The notes: generated from the sequence alone by a model not told the origin. Shown: positions 16,001-32,160, numbered from the stretch's first letter. The stretch: 64,000 bases of DNA from Macrostomum lignano (GCA_002269645.1 NIVC01000658.1:1-64000); one strand, 5' to 3'. Translations and numbers: made by a program.

Positions 16001-19000
16001 TCAATGTAATTCCTCGAGTGTAAAAATCAATATAATTCCTCGAGTGCCAAAATCAATATAATTCCTCGAGTGCCAAAATCAATGTAATTCCTCGAATGCC
16101 AAAATCAATATAATTCCTCGAATGCCAAAATCAATGTAATTCCTCGAGTGCCAAAATCAATATAATTCCTCGAATGCCAAAATCAATGTAATTCCTCGAG
16201 TGCCAAAATCAATATAATTCCTCGAATGTAAAAATCAATATAATTCCTCGAATGCCAAAATCAATGTAATTCCTCGAGTGCCAAAATCAATATAATTCCT
16301 CGAGTGTAAAAATCAATATAATTCCTCGAGTGCCAAAATCAATATAATTCCTCGAGTGCCAAAATCAATATAATTCCTCGAGTGAAAAAATCAATATAAT
16401 TCCTCGAGTGCCAAAATCAATATAATTCCTCGAGTGTAAAAATCAATATAATTCCTCGAGTGCCAAAATCAATATAATTCCTCGAGTGCCAAAATCAAAT
16501 AATTCCTCGAGTGTAAAAATCAATATAATTCCTCGAGTGCCAAAATCAATGTAATTCCTCGAGTGTAAAAATCAATATAATTCCTCGAGTGTAAAAATCA
16601 ATATAATTCCTCGAGTGCCAATATCAATATAATTCCTCAAGTGTAAAAATCAATGTAATTCCTCGAGTGTAAAAATCAATATAATTCCTCGAGTGCCAAA
16701 ATCAATATAATTCCTCGAGTGCCAAAATCAATATAATTCCTCGAATGCCAAAATCAATGTAATTCCTCGAATGCCAAAATCAATATAATTCCTCGATGTA
16801 AAAATCAATATAATTCCTCGAGTGCCAAAATCAATGTAATTCCTCGAGTGCCAAAATCAATATAATTCCTCGAGTGTAAAAATCAATATAATTCCTCGAG
16901 TGCCAAAATCAATATAATTCCTCGAGTGCCAAAATCAATATAATTCCTCGAGTGTAAAAATCAATATAATTCCTCGAGTGCCAAAATCAATATAATTCCT
17001 CGAGTGTAAAAATCAATATAATTCCTCGAGTGCCAAAATCAATATAATTCCTCGAGTGTAAAAATCAATATAATTCCTCGAGTGCAAAATCAATATAATT
17101 CCTCGAGTGCCAAAATCAATGTAATTCCTCGAGTGTAAAAATCAATATAATTCCTCGAGTGCCAAAATCAATGTAATTCCTCGAGTGTAAAAATCAATAT
17201 AATTCCTCGAGTGCCAAAATCAATATAATTCCTCGAGTGCCAAAATCAATATAATTCCTCGAGTGTAAAAATCAATGTAATTCCTCGAGTGCCAAAATCA
17301 ATATAATTCCTCGAGTGCCAAAATCAATGTAATTCCTCGAGTGCCAAAATCAATGTAATTCCTCGAGTGTAAAAATCAATATAATTCCTTTAATGCAAAA
17401 ATCAATATAATTCCTTGAATGCCAAAATCAATATAATTCCTCGAGTGTAAAAATCAATATAATTCCTCGAGTGTAAAAGTCAATGGAATTCCTCGAGTGT
17501 AAAAATCAATATAATTCCTCGAGTGCCAAAATCAATATAATTCCTCGAATGCCAAAATCAATATAATTCCTCGAGTGTAAAAATCAATATAATTCCTCGA
17601 GTGCCAAAATCAATATAATTCCTCGAGTGTAAAAATCAATATAATTCCTCGAGTGCCAAAATCAATATAATTCCTCGAGTGCCAAAATCAATATAATTCC
17701 TCGAGTGTAAAAATCAATATAATTCCTCGAGTGCCAAAATCAATGTAATTCCTCGAGTGCCAAAATCAATGTAATTCCTCGAGTGTAAAAATCAATATAA
17801 TTCCTCGAGTGCCAAAATCAATATAATTCCTCGAATGCCAAAATCAATATAATTCCTCGAATGCCAAAATCAATATAATTCCTCGAGTGCCAAAATCAAT
17901 ATAATTCCTCGAGTGCCAAAATCAATATAATTCCTCGAATGCCAAAATCAATATAATTCCTCGAGTGTAAAAATCAATATAATTCCTCGAGTGCCAAAAT
18001 CAATGTAATTCCTCGAGTGCCAAAATCAATATAATTCCTCGAATGCAAAAATCAATATAATTCCTCGAGTGCCAAAATCAATATAATTCCTCGAGTGTAA
18101 AAATCAATGCAATTCCTCGAGTGTAAAAATCAATATAATTCCTCGAGTGTAAAAATCAATGTAATTCCTTGAATGCCAAAATCAATATAATTCCTCGAAT
18201 GCCAAAATCAATGTAATTCCTCGAGTGCCAAAATCAATATAATTCCTCGAATGCCAAAATCAATATAATTCCTCGAATGCCAAAATCAATATAATTCCTC
18301 GAATGTAAAAATCAATATAATTCCTCGAGTGTAAAAGTCAATGGAATTCCTCGAGTGCCAAAATCAATATAATTCCTCGAGTGCCAAAATCAATATAATT
18401 CCTCGAGTGCCAAAATCAATAATTCCTCGAGTGCCAAAATCAATATAATTCCTCGAATGCCAAAATCAATATAATTCCTCGAGTGCCAAAATCAATATAA
18501 TTCCTCGAGTGCCAAAATCAATATAATTCCTCGAGTGCCAAAATCAATATAATTCCTCGAGTGCCAAAATCAATATAATTCCTCGAGTGCCAAAATCAAT
18601 ATAATTCCTCGAGTGCCAAAATCAATATAATTCCTCGAGTGCCAAAATCAATATAATTCCTCGAGTGTAAAAATCAATATAATTCCTCGAGTGCCAAAAT
18701 CAATATAATTCCTCGAATGCCAAAATCAATATAATTCCTCGAGTGCCAAAATCAATATAATTCCTCGAGTGCCAAAATCAATATAATTCCTCGAGTGAGT
18801 GCCAAAATCAATATAATTCCTCGAGTGCCAAAATCAATATAATTCCTCGAGTGTAAAAATCAATATAATTCCTCGAGTGCCAAAATCAATGTAATTCCTC
18901 GAGTGCCAAAATCAATATAATTCCTCGAATGCAAAAATCAATATAATTCCTCGAGTGCCAAAATCAATATAATTCCTCGAGTGTAAAAATCAATATAATT

Positions 19001-22000
19001 CCTCGAGTGCCAAAATCAATGTAATTCCTCGAGTGTAAAAATCAATATAATTCCTCGAGTGCCAAAATCAATATAATTCCTCGAGTGTAAAAATCAATAT
19101 AATTCCTCGAGTGTAAAAATCAATATAATTCCTCGAGTGCCAAAATCAATGTAATTCCTTGAGTGTAAAAATCAATATAATTACTCGAGTGTAAAAATCA
19201 ATATAATTCCTCGAGTGTAAAAATCAATATAATTCCTCGAGTGCCAAAATCAATATAATTCCTCGAGTGCCAAAATCAATGTAATTCCTCGAGTGTAAAA
19301 ATCAATATAATTCCTCGAGTGTAAAAATCAATGTAATTCCTCGAGTGTAAAAATCAATATAATTCCTCGAGTGCCAAAATCAATATAATTCCTCGAGTGT
19401 AAAAATCAATGTAATTCCTCGAATGCAAAATACAATATAATTCCTCGAGTGCCAAAATCAATGTAATTCCTCGAGTGTAAAAATCAATATAATTCCTCGA
19501 GTGTAAAAATCAATGTAATTCCTCGAGTGTAAAAATCAATATAATTCCTCGAGTGCCAAAATCAATATAATTCCTCGAGTGTAAAAATCAATGTAATTCC
19601 TCGAATGCCAAAATCAATGTAATTCCTCGAGTGCCAAAATCAATATAATTCCTCGAATGCCAAAATCAATATAATTCCTCGAGTGCCAAAATCAATATAA
19701 TTCCTCGAGTGTAAAAATCAATATAATTCCTCGAGTGCCAAAATCAATATAATTCCTTGAATGCCAAAATCAATATAATTCCTCGAGTGTAAAAATCAAT
19801 ATAATTCCTCGAGTGCCAAAATCAATATAATTCCTCGAGTGTAAAAATCAATATAATTACTCGAGTGTAAAAATCAATATAATTCCTCGAGTGTAAAAAT
19901 CAATATAATTCCTCGAGTGCCAAAATCAATATAATTCCTCGAGTGCCAAAATCAATATAATTCCTCGAGTGCCAAAATCAATGTAATTCCTCGAGTGTAA
20001 AAATCAATATAATTCCTCGAGTGCCAAAATCAATATAATTCCTCGAATGCCAAAATGAATATAATTCCTCGAATGCCAAAATGAATATAATTCCTCGAAT
20101 GCCAAAATCAATATAATTCCTCGAGTGCCAAAATCAATATAATTCCTCGAATGCCAAAATCAATATAATTCCTCGAGTGTAAAAATCAATATAATTCCTC
20201 GAGTGCCAAAATCAATGTAATTCCTCGAGTGCCAAAATCAATATAATTCCTTGAATGCAAAAATCAATATAATTCCTCGAGTGCCAAAATCAATATAATT
20301 CCTCGAGTGTAAAAATCAATGCAATTCCTCGAGGGTAAAAATCAATATAATTCCTTGAGTGTAAAAATCAATGTAATTCCTTAAATGCAAAAATCAATAT
20401 AATTCCTCGAATGCCAAAATCAATGTAATTCCTCGAGTGCCAAAATCAATATAATTCCTCGAATGCCAAAATCGATATAATTCCTCGAATGCCAAAATAA
20501 ATATAATTCCTTGAATGTAAAAATCAATATAATTCCTCGAGTGTAAAAGTCAATGGAATTCCTCGAGTGTAAAAATCAATATAATTCCTCGAGTGCCAAA
20601 ATCAATATAATTCCTCGAATGCCAAAATCAATGTAATTCCTCGAGTGCCAAAATCAATATAATTCCTCGAATGCCAAAATCGATATAATTCCTCGAATGC
20701 CAAAATAAATATAATTCCTCGAATGTAAAAATCAATATAATTCCTCGAGTGCCAAAATCAATATAATTCCTCGAGTGCCAAAATCAATGTAATTCCTCGA
20801 GTGTAAAAATCAATATAATTCCTCGAGTGCCAAAATCAATATAATTCCTCGAATGCCAAAATCAATATAATTCCTCGAATGCCAAAATCAATATAATTCC
20901 TCGAATGCAAAAATCAATATAATTCCTCGAGTGCCAAAATCAATGTAATTCCTCGAGTGCCAAAATCAATATAATTCCTTGAATGCAAAAATCAATATAA
21001 TTCCTCGAGTGCCAAAATCAATATAATTCCTCGAGTGTAAAAATCAATAATTCCTCGAGTGTAAAAATCAATATAATTCCTCGAGTGCCAAAATCAATGT
21101 AATTCCTCGAGTGCCAAAATCAATATAATTCCTCGAATGCCAAAATCAATATAATTCCTCGAATGCCAAAATCAATATAATTCCTGATGTAAAAATCAAT
21201 ATAATTCCTCGAGTGTAAAAGTCAATGGAATTCCTCGAGTGTAAAAATCAATATAATTCCTCGAGTGCCAAAATCAATATAATTCCTCGAATGCCAAAAT
21301 CAATATAATTCCTCGAATGCCAAAATCAATATAATTCCTCGAATGTAAAAATCAATATAATTCCTCGAGTGTAAAAGTCAATATAATTCCTCGAGTGTAA
21401 AAATCAATATAATTCCTCGAGTGCCAAAATCAATATAATTCCTCGAATGCCAAAATCAATATAATTCCTCGAGTGCCAAAATCAATATAATTCCTCGAAT
21501 GCCAAAATCAATATAATTCCTCGAGTGCCAAAATCAATATAATTCCTCGAATGTGCCAAAATCAATATAATTCCTCGAGTGCCAAAATCAATATAATTCC
21601 TCGAGTGCCAAAATCAATATAATTCCTCGAGTGCCAAAATCAATATAATTCCTCGAGTGCCAAAATCAATATAATTCCTCGAGTGCCAAAATCAATGTAA
21701 TTCCTCGAGTGCCAAAATCAATATAATTCCTCGAGTGCCAAAATCAATGTAATTCCTCGAGTGCCAAAATCAATATAATTCCTCGAGTGCCAAAATCAAT
21801 GTAATTCCTCGAGTGCCAAAATCAATGTAATTCCTCGAGTGCCAAAATCAATATAATTCCTCGAGTGCCAAAATCAATATAATTCCTCGAGTGTAAAAAT
21901 CAATATAATTCCTCGAGTGTAAAAATCAATATAATTCCTCGAGTGTAAAAATCAATATAATTCCTCGAGTGCCAAAATCAATATAATTCCTCGAGTGTAA

Positions 22001-25000
22001 AAATCAATATAATTCCTCGAGTGTAAAAATCAATATAATTCCTCGAGTGTAAAAATCAATATAATTCCTCGAGTGTAAAATCAATGTAATTCCTCGAGTG
22101 TAAAAATCAATATAATTACTCGAGTGTAAAAATCAATATAATTCCTCGAGTGTAAAAATCAATATAATTCCTCGAGTGTAAAAATCAATATAATTCCTCG
22201 AGTGTAAAAATCAATATAATTCCTCGAGTGTAAAAATCAATATAATTCCTCGAGTGTAAAAATCAATATAATTCCTCGAGTGTAAAAATCAATATAATTC
22301 CTCGAGTGTAAAAATCAATATAATTCCTCGAGTGTAAAAATCAATGTAATTCCTCGAGTGTAAAAATCAATATAATTCCTCGAGTGTAAAAATCAATGTA
22401 ATTCCTCGAGTGTAAAAATCAATATAATTCCTCGAGTGCCAAAATCAATGTAATTCCTCGAGTGCCAAAATCAATATAATTCCTCGATGCCAAAATCAAT
22501 ATAATTCCTCGAGTGCCAAAATCAATATAATTCCTCGAGTGCCAAAATCAATATAATTCCTCGAGTGCCAAAATCAATATAATTCCTCGAGTGCCAAAAT
22601 CAATATAATTCCTCGAGTGTAAAAATCAATATAATTCCTCGAGTGCCAAAATCAATGTAATTCCTCGAGTGCCAAAATCAATATAATTCCTCGAGTGTAA
22701 AAATCAATATAATTCCTCGAGTGCCAAAATCAATATAATTCCTCGAGTGCCAAAATCAATATAATTCCTCGAGTGCCAAAATCAATATAATTCCTCGATG
22801 CCAAAATCAATATAATTCCTCGAGTGCCAAAATCAATATAATTCCTCGAATGCCAAAATCAATATAATTCCTCGAGTGTAAAAATCAATATAATTCCTCG
22901 AGTGCCAAAATCAATATAATTCCTCGAGTGCCAAAATCAATATAATTCCTCGAGTGCCAAAATCAATATAATTCCTCGAGTGTAAAAATCAATATAATTC
23001 CTCGAGTGCCAAAATCAATATAATTCCTCGAGTGTAAAATCAATATAATTCCTCGAGTGCCAAAATCAATATAATTCCTCGAGTGCCAAAATCAATATAA
23101 TTCCTCGAGTGTAAAAATCAATATAATTCCTCGAGTGCCAAAATCAATATAATTCCTCGAGTGCCAAAATCAATATAATTCCTCGAGTGCCAAAATCAAT
23201 ATAATTCCTCGAGTGTAAAAATCAATATAATTCCTCGAGTGCCAAAATCAATATAATTCCTCGAGTGCCAAAATCAATATAATTCCTCGAGTGCCAAAAT
23301 CAATATAATTCCTCGAGTGTAAAAATCAATATAATTCCTCGAGTGCCAAAATCAATATAATTCCTCGAGTGTAAAAATCAATATAATTCCTCGAGTGCCA
23401 AAATCAATATAATTCCTCGAGTGCCAAAATCAATATAATTCCTCGAGTGTAAAAATCAATATAATTCCTCGAGTGCCAAAATCAATATAATTCCTCGAGT
23501 GCCAAAATCAATGTAATTCCTCGAGTGCCAAAATCAATATAATTCCTCGAGTGCAAAATCAATATAATTCCTCGAGTGCCAAAATCAATATAATTCCTCG
23601 AGTGCCAAAATCAATATAATTCCTCGATGCCAAAATCAATATAATTCCTCGAGTGCCAAAATCAATATAATTCCTCGAGTGTAAAAATCAATATAATTCC
23701 TCGAGTGCCAAAATCAATATAATTCCTCGAGTGTAAAAATCAATGTAATTCCTCGAGTGCCAAAATCAATATAATTCCTCGAGTGCCAAAATCAATGTAA
23801 TTCCTCGAGTGCCAAAATCAATATAATTCCTCGAATGCCAAAATCAATATAATTCCTCGAAGTGCCAAAATCAATATAATTCCTCGAATGTAAAAATCAA
23901 TATAATTCCTCGAGTGTAAAATATAATTCCTCGAGTGTAAAAATCAATATAATTCCTCGAGTGCCAAAATCAATATAATTCCTCGAATGTAAAAATCAAT
24001 GTAATTCCTCGAGTGCCAAAATCAATATAATTCCTCGAATGCCAAAATCAATATAATTCCTCGAATGCCAAAATAAATATAATTCCTCGAATGTAAAAAT
24101 CAATATAATTCCTCGAGTGCCAAAATCAATATAATTCCTCGAGTGCCAAAATCAATATAATTCCTCGAGTGTAAAAATCAATATAATTCCTCGAGTGCCA
24201 AAATCAATATAATTCCTCGAGTGCCAAAATCAATATAATTCCTCGAGTGCCAAAATCAATATAATTCCTCGAGTGCCAAAATCAATATAATTCCTCGAGT
24301 GCCAAAATCAATATAATTCCTCGAGTGCCAAAATCAATATAATTCCTCGAGTGCCAAAATCAATATAATTCCTCGAGTGCCAAAATCAATGTAATTCCTC
24401 GAGTGCCAAAATCAATATAATTCCTCGAGTGCCAAAATCAATATAATTCCTCGAGTGTAAAAATCAATATAATTCCTCGAGTGCCAAAATCAATATAATT
24501 CCTCGAGTGTAAAATCAATATAATTCCTCGAGTGTAAAAATCAATATAATTCCTCGAGTGCCAAAATCAATATAATTCCTCGAGTGTAAAAATCAATATA
24601 ATTCCTCGAGTGTAAAATCAATATAATTCCTCGAGTGTAAAAATCAATATAATTCCTCGAGTGCCAAAATCAATATAATTCCTCGAGTGCCAAAATCAAT
24701 ATAATTCCTCGAGTGTAAAAATCAATATAATTCCTCGAGTGTAAAAATCAATATAATTCCTCGAGTGTAAAAATCAATATAATTCCTCGAGTGTAAAAAT
24801 CAATATAATTCCTCGAGTGTAAAAATCAATATAATTCCTCGAGTGTAAAAATCAATATAATTCCTCGAGTGTAAAAATCAATGTAATTCCTCGAGTGTAA
24901 AAATCAATATAATTCCTCGAGTGTAATAATCAATGTAATTCCTTGATGCCAAAATCAATATAATTCCTCGAGTGCCAAAATCAATGTAATTCCTCGAGTG

Positions 25001-28000
25001 CCAAAATCAATATAATTCCTCGATGCCAAAATCAATATAATTCCTCGAGTGCCAAAATCAATATAATTCCTCGAGTGTAAAAATCAATATAATTCCTCGA
25101 GTGCCAAAATCAATATAATTCCTCGAGTGCCAAAATCAATATAATTCCTCGAGTGCCAAAATCAATATAATTCCTCGATGCCAAAATCAATATAATTCCT
25201 CGAGTGCCAAAATCAATATAATTCCTCGAATGCCAAAATCAATATAATTCCTCGAGTGTAAAAATCAATATAATTCCTCGAGTGCCAAAATCAATATAAT
25301 TCCTCGAGTGTAAAAATCAATATAATTCCTCGAGTGCCAAAATCAATATAATTCCTCGAGTGCCAAAATCAATATAATTCCTCGAGTGTAAAAATCAATA
25401 TAATTCCTCGAGTGCCAAAATCAATGTAATTCCTCGAGTGCCAAAATCAATATAATTCCTCGAGTGCCAAAATCAATATAATTCCTCGAGTGCCAAAATC
25501 AATATAATTCCTCGAGTGCCAAAATCAATATAATTCCTCGAAGTGCCAAAATCAATATAATTCCTCGAGTGCAAAAATCAATATAATTCCTCGAGTGCCA
25601 AAATCAATATAATTCCTCGAGTGCCAAAATCAATATAATTCCTCGATGCAAAATCAATATAATTCCTCGAGTGCCAAAATCAATATAATTCCTCGAGTGT
25701 AAAAATCAATATAATTACTCGAGTGTAAAAATCAATATAATTCCTCGAGTGTAAAAATCAATAATTCCTCGAGTGCCAAAATCAATATAATTCCTCGAGT
25801 GCCAAAATCAATGTAATTCCTCGAGTGCCAAAATCAATATAATTCCTCGAATGCCAAAATCAATATAATTCCTCGAATGCCAAAATAAATATAATTCCTC
25901 GAATGTAAAAATCAATATAATTCCTCGAGTGCCAAAATCATATAATTCCTCGAGTGTAAAAATCAATATAATTCCTCGAGTGCCAAAATCAATATAATTC
26001 CTCGATGCCAAAATCAATGTAATTCCTCGAGTGCCAAAATCAATATAATTCCTCGAATGCCAAAATCAATATAATTCCTCGAATGCCAAAATAAATATAA
26101 TTCCTCGAATGTAAAAATCAATATAATTCCTCGAGTGCCAAAATCAATATAATTCCTCGAGTGTAAAAATCAATGTAATTCCTCGAATGCCAAAATCAAT
26201 ATAATTCCTCGAGTGCCAAAATCAATGTAATTCCTCGAGTGCCAAAATCAATATAATTCCTCGAATGCCAAAATCAATGTAATTCCTCGAATGCCAAAAT
26301 CAATATAATTCCTCGAATGTAAAAATCAATATAATTCCTCGAATGCAAAATCAATGTAATTCCTCGAGTGCCAAAATCAATATAATTCCTCGAGTGTAAA
26401 AATCAATATAATTCCTCGAGTGCCAAAATCAATATAATTCCTCGAGTGCCAAAATCAATATAATTCCTCGAGTGTAAAAATCAATATAATTCCTCGAGTG
26501 CCAAAATCAATATAATTCCTCGAGTGTAAAAATCAATATAATTCCTCGAGTGCCAAAATCAATATAATTCCTCGAGTGCCAAAATCAATGTAATTCCTCG
26601 AGTGTAAAAATCAATATAATTCCTCGAGTGCCAAAATCAATGTAATTCCTCGAGTGTAAAAATCAATATAATTCCTCGAGTGCCAAAATCAATATAATTC
26701 CTCGAGTGTAAAAATCAATGTAATTCCTCGAGTGCCAAAATCAATATAATTCCTCGAGTGCCAAAATCAATGTAATTCCTCGAGTGCCAAAATCAATATA
26801 ATTCCTCGATGCAAAATCAATATAATTCCTCGAGTGCCAAAATCAATATAATTCCTCGAGTGTAAAAATCAATATAATTCCTCGAGTGTAAAATCAATAT
26901 AATTCCTCGAGTGTAAAAATCAATATAATTCCTCGAGTGCCAAAATCAATATAATTCCTCGAGTGCCAAAATCAATATAATTCCTCGAATGCCAAAATCA
27001 ATATAATTCCTCGAATGCCAAAATCAATATAATTCCTCGAATGCCAAAATCAATATAATTCCTCGAGTGCCAAAATCAATATAATTCCTCGATGCCAAAA
27101 TCAATATAATTCCTCGAGTGTAAAATCAATATAATTCCTCGAGTGCCAAAATCAATGTAATTCCTCGAGTGCCAAAATCAATGTAATTCCTCGAGTGTAA
27201 AAATCAATATAATTCCTCGAGTGCCAAAATCAATGTAATTCCTCGAGTGTAAAAATCAATATAATTCCTCGAGTGCCAAAATCAATATAATTCCTCGAGT
27301 GCCAAAATCAATATAATTCCTCGAATGCCAAAATCAATATAATTCCTCGAGTGTAAAAATCAATATAATTCCTCGAGTGCCAAAATCAATATAATTCCTC
27401 GAGTGTAAAAATCAATATAATTCCTCGAGTGCCAAAATCAATATAATTCCTCGAATGCCAAAATCAATATAATTCCTCGAGTGTAAAAATCAATGTAATT
27501 CCTCGAATGCCAAAATCAATGTAATTCTCGAGTGCCAAAATCAATATAATTCCTCGAATGCCAAAATCAATATAATTCCTCGAGTGTAAAAATCAATATA
27601 ATTCCTCGAGTGCCAAAATCAATATAATTCCTCGAGTGTGAAAATCAATATAATTCCTCGAGTGTAAAAATCAATATAATTCCTCGAGTGCCAAAATCAA
27701 TGTAATTCCTCGAGTGTAAAAATCAATATAATTCCTCGAGTGCCAAAATCAATGTAATTCCTCGAGTGCCAAAATCAATGTAATTCCTCGAGTGTAAAAA
27801 TCAATATAATTCCTCGAGTGCCAAAATCAATATAATTCCTCGAGTGTAAAAATCAATGTAATTCCTCGAGTGTAAAAATCAATATAATTCCTCGAGTGTA
27901 AAAATCAATGTAATTCCTCGAGTGTAAAAATCAATATAATTCCTCGAGTGTAATAATCAATGTAATTCCTTGAATGCCAAAATCAATATAATTCCTCGAA

Positions 28001-31000
28001 TGCCAAAATCAATGTAATTCCTCGAGTGCCAAAATCAATATAATTCCTCGAATGCCAAAATCAATATAATTCCTCGAGTGCCAAAATCAATATAATTCCT
28101 CGAGTGTAAAAATCAATATAATTCCTCGAGTGCCAAATTCAATATAATTCCTCGAGTGCCAAAATCAATGTAATTCCTCGAGTGTAAAAATCAATATAAT
28201 TCCTCGAGTGCCAAAATCAATGTAATTCCTCGAGTGCCAAAATCAATGTAATTCCTCGAGTGTAAAAATCAATATAATTCCTCGAGTGCCAAAATCAATA
28301 TAATTCCTCGAGTGCCAAAATCAATATAATTCCTCGAATGCCAAAATCAATATAATTCCTCGAATGCCAAAATCAATATAATTCCTCGAGTGCCAAAATC
28401 AATATAATTCCTCGAATGCCAAAATCAATATAATTCCTCGAGTGTAAAAATCAATATAATTCCTCGAGTGCCAAAATCAATGTAATTCCTCGAGTGCCAA
28501 AATCAATATAATTCCTCGAATGCCAAAATCAATATAATTCCTCGAGTGTAAAAATCAATATAATTCCTCGAGTGCCAAAATCAATGTAATTCCTCGAGTG
28601 TAAAAATCAATATAATTCCTCGAGTGCCAAATTCAATATAATTCCTCGAGTGCCAAAATCAATGTAATTCCTCGAGTGTAAAAATCAATATAATTCCTCG
28701 AGTGCCAAAATCAATGTAATTCCTCGAGTGCCAAAATCAATGTAATTCCTCGAGTGTAAAAATCAATATAATTCCTCGAGTGCCAAAATCAATATAATTC
28801 CTCGAGTGCCAAAATCAATATAATTCCTCGATGCCAAAATCAATATAATTCCTCGATGCAAAATCAATATAATTCCTCGAGTGCCAAAATCAATATAATT
28901 CCTCGAATGCCAAAATCAATATAATTCCTCGAGTGTAAAAATCAATATAATTCCTCGAGTGCCAAAATCAATGTAATTCCTCGAGTGCCAAAATCAATAT
29001 AATTCCTCGAGTGCAAAATCAATATAATTCCTCGAGTGCCAAAATCAATATAATTCCTCGAGTGTAAAAATCAATATAATTCCTCGAGTGCCAAAATCAA
29101 TGTAATTCCTCGAGTGTAAAAATCAATATAATTCCTCGAGTGTAAAAATCAATATAATTCCTCGAGTGTAAAAATCAATATAATTCCTCGAGTGTAAAAA
29201 TCAATATAATTCCTCGAGTGCCAAAATCAATGTAATTCCTCGAGTGTAAAAATCAATATAATTCCTCGAGTGTAAAAATCAATATAATTCCTCGAGTGTA
29301 AAAATCAATATAATTCCTCGAGTGCCAAAATCAATATAATTCCTCGAGTGCCAAAATCAATGTAATTCCTCGAGTGTAAAAATCAATATAATTCCTCGAG
29401 TGTAAAAATCAATGTAATTCCTCGAGTGTAAAAATCAATATAATTCCTCGAGTGCCAAAATCAATATAATTCCTCGAGTGTAAAAATCAATGTAATTCCT
29501 CGAATGCCAAAATCAATATAATTCCTCCAGTGCAAAAATCAATGTAATTCCTCGAGTGCCAAAACCAATATAATTCCTCGAATGCCAAAATCAATGTAAT
29601 TCCTCGAATGCCAAAATCAATATAATTCCTCGAATGTAAAAATCAATATAATTCCTCGAATGCAAAAATCAATGTAATTCCTCGAGTGCCAAAATCAATA
29701 TAATTCCTCGAGTGTAAAAATCAATATAATTCCTCGAGTGCCAAAATCAATATAATTCCTCGAGTGCCAAAATCAATATAATTCCTCGAGTGTAAAAATC
29801 AATATAATTCCTCGAGTGCCAAAATCAATATAATTCCTCGAGTGTAAAAATCAATATAATTCCTCGAGTGCCAAAATCAATATAATTCCTCGAGTGCCAA
29901 AATCAATGTAATTCCTCGAGTGTAAAAATCAATATAATTCCTCGAGTGCCAAAATCAATGTAATTCCTCGAGTGTAAAAATCAATATAATTCCTCGAGTG
30001 CCAAAATCAATATAATTCCTCGAGTGTAAAAATCAATGTAATTCCTTGAGTGCCAAAATCAATGTAATTCCTCGAGTGCCAAAATCAATGTAATTCCTCG
30101 AGTGCCAAAATCAATATAATTCCTCGAATGCAAAAATCAATATAATTCCTCGAGTGCCAAAATCAATATAATTCCTCGAGTGTAAAAATCAATATAATTC
30201 CTCGAGTGTAAAAGTCGATGGAATTCCTCGAGTGTAAAAATCAATATAATTCCTCGAGTGCCAAAATCAATATAATTCCTCGAATGCCAAAATCAATATA
30301 ATTCCTCGAATGCCAAAATCAATATAATTCCTCGAATGCCAAAATCAATATAATTCCTCGAATGCCAAAATCAATATAATTCCTCGAGTGCCAAAATCAA
30401 TATAATTCCTCGAATGCCAAAATCAATATAATTCCTCGAGTGTAAAAATCAATATAATTCCTCGAGTGCCAAAATCAATGTAATTCCTCGAGTGCCAAAA
30501 TCAATATAATTCCTCGAATGCAAAAATCAATATAATTCCTCGAGTGCCAAAATCAATATAATTCCTCGAGTGTAAAAATCAATATAATTCCTCGAGTGTA
30601 AAAATCAATATAATTCCTCGAGTGTAAAAATCAATATAATTTCTCGAGTGCCAAAATCAATGTAATTCCTCGAGTGTGAAAATCAATATAATTCCTCGAG
30701 TGTAAAAATCAATATAATTCCTCGAGTGCCAAAATCAATATAATTCCTCGAATGCCAAAATCAATATAATTCCTCGAATGCCAAAATGAATATAATTCCT
30801 CGAATGCCAAAATGAATATAATTCCTCGAATGCCAAAATCAATATAATTCCTCGAGTGCCAAAATCAATATAATTCCTCGAATGCCAAAATCAATATAAT
30901 TCCTCGAGTGTAAAAATCAATATAATTCCTCGAGTGCCAAAATCAATGTAATTCCTCGAGTGCCAAAATCAATATAATTCCTCGAATGCAAAAATCAATA

Positions 31001-32160
31001 TAATTCCTCGAGTGCCAAAATCAATATAATTCCTCGAGTGTAAAAATCAATATAATTCCTCGAGTGTAAAAATCAATATAATTCCTCGAGTGTAAAAATC
31101 AATATAATTTCTCGAGTGCCAAAATCAATATAATTCCTCGAGTGTGAAAATCAATATAATTCCTCGAGTGTAAAAATCAATATAATTCCTCGAGTGCCAA
31201 AATCAATGTAATTCCTCGAGTGTAAAAATCAATATAATTCCTCGAGTGCCAAAATCAATGTAATTCCTCGAGTGTAAAAATCAATATAATTCCTCGAGTG
31301 CCAAAATCAATATAATTCCTCGAGTGCCAAAATCAATATAATTCCTCGAATGCCAAAATCAATATAATTCCTCGAGTGTAAAAATCAATATAATTCCTCG
31401 AGTGCCAAAATCAATATACTTCCTCGAGTGTAAAAATCAATATAATTCCTCGAGTGCCAAAATCAATATAATTCCTCGAATGCCAAAATCAATATAATTC
31501 CTCGAGTGTAAAAATCAATGTAATTCCTCGAATGCCAAAATCAATGTAATTTCTCGAGTGCCAAAATCAAAATAATTCCTCGAATGCCAAAATCAATATA
31601 ATTCCTCGAGTGTAAAAATCAATATAATTCCTCGAGTGCCAAAATCAATATAATTCCTCGAGTGTGAAAATCAATATAATTCCTCGAGTGTAAAAATCAA
31701 AAATAATTCCTCGAGTGCCAAATTCAATGTAATTCCTCGAGTGTAAAAATCAATATAATTCCTCGAGTGCCAAAATCAATGTAATTCCTCGAGTGCCAAA
31801 ATCAATGTAATTCCTCGAGTGTAAAAATCAATATAATTCCTTGAGTGCCAAAATCAATATAATTCCTTGAGTGTAAAAATCAATATAATTCCTCGAGTGC
31901 CAAAATCAATGTAATTCCTCGAGTGTAAAAATCAATATAATTCCTCGAGTGTAAAAGTCAATGTAATTCCTCGAATGCCAAAATCAATATAATTCCTCGA
32001 GTGTAAAAATCAATATAATTCCTCGGGTGCCAAAATCAATATAATTCCTCGAGTGCCAAAATCAATGTAATTCCTCGAGTGTAAAAATCAATATAATTCC
32101 TCGAGTGTAAAAATCAATATAATTCCTCGAGTGTAAAAATCAATGTAATTCCTCGAGTGC
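13017..32160. repeat. 26-bp satellite DNA array, about 19.1 kb, roughly 735 units
   Basis: Consensus AATTCCTCGAGTG(CC/TA)AAAATCAAT(A/G)T with period 26; each unit carries a CTCGAG palindrome. Confidence 0.99.

Noticed and set aside
13017-32160. 26-bp repeat as a CRISPR array
   Set aside because: Units are head-to-tail with no unique spacers, no cas genes, and the context is eukaryotic.
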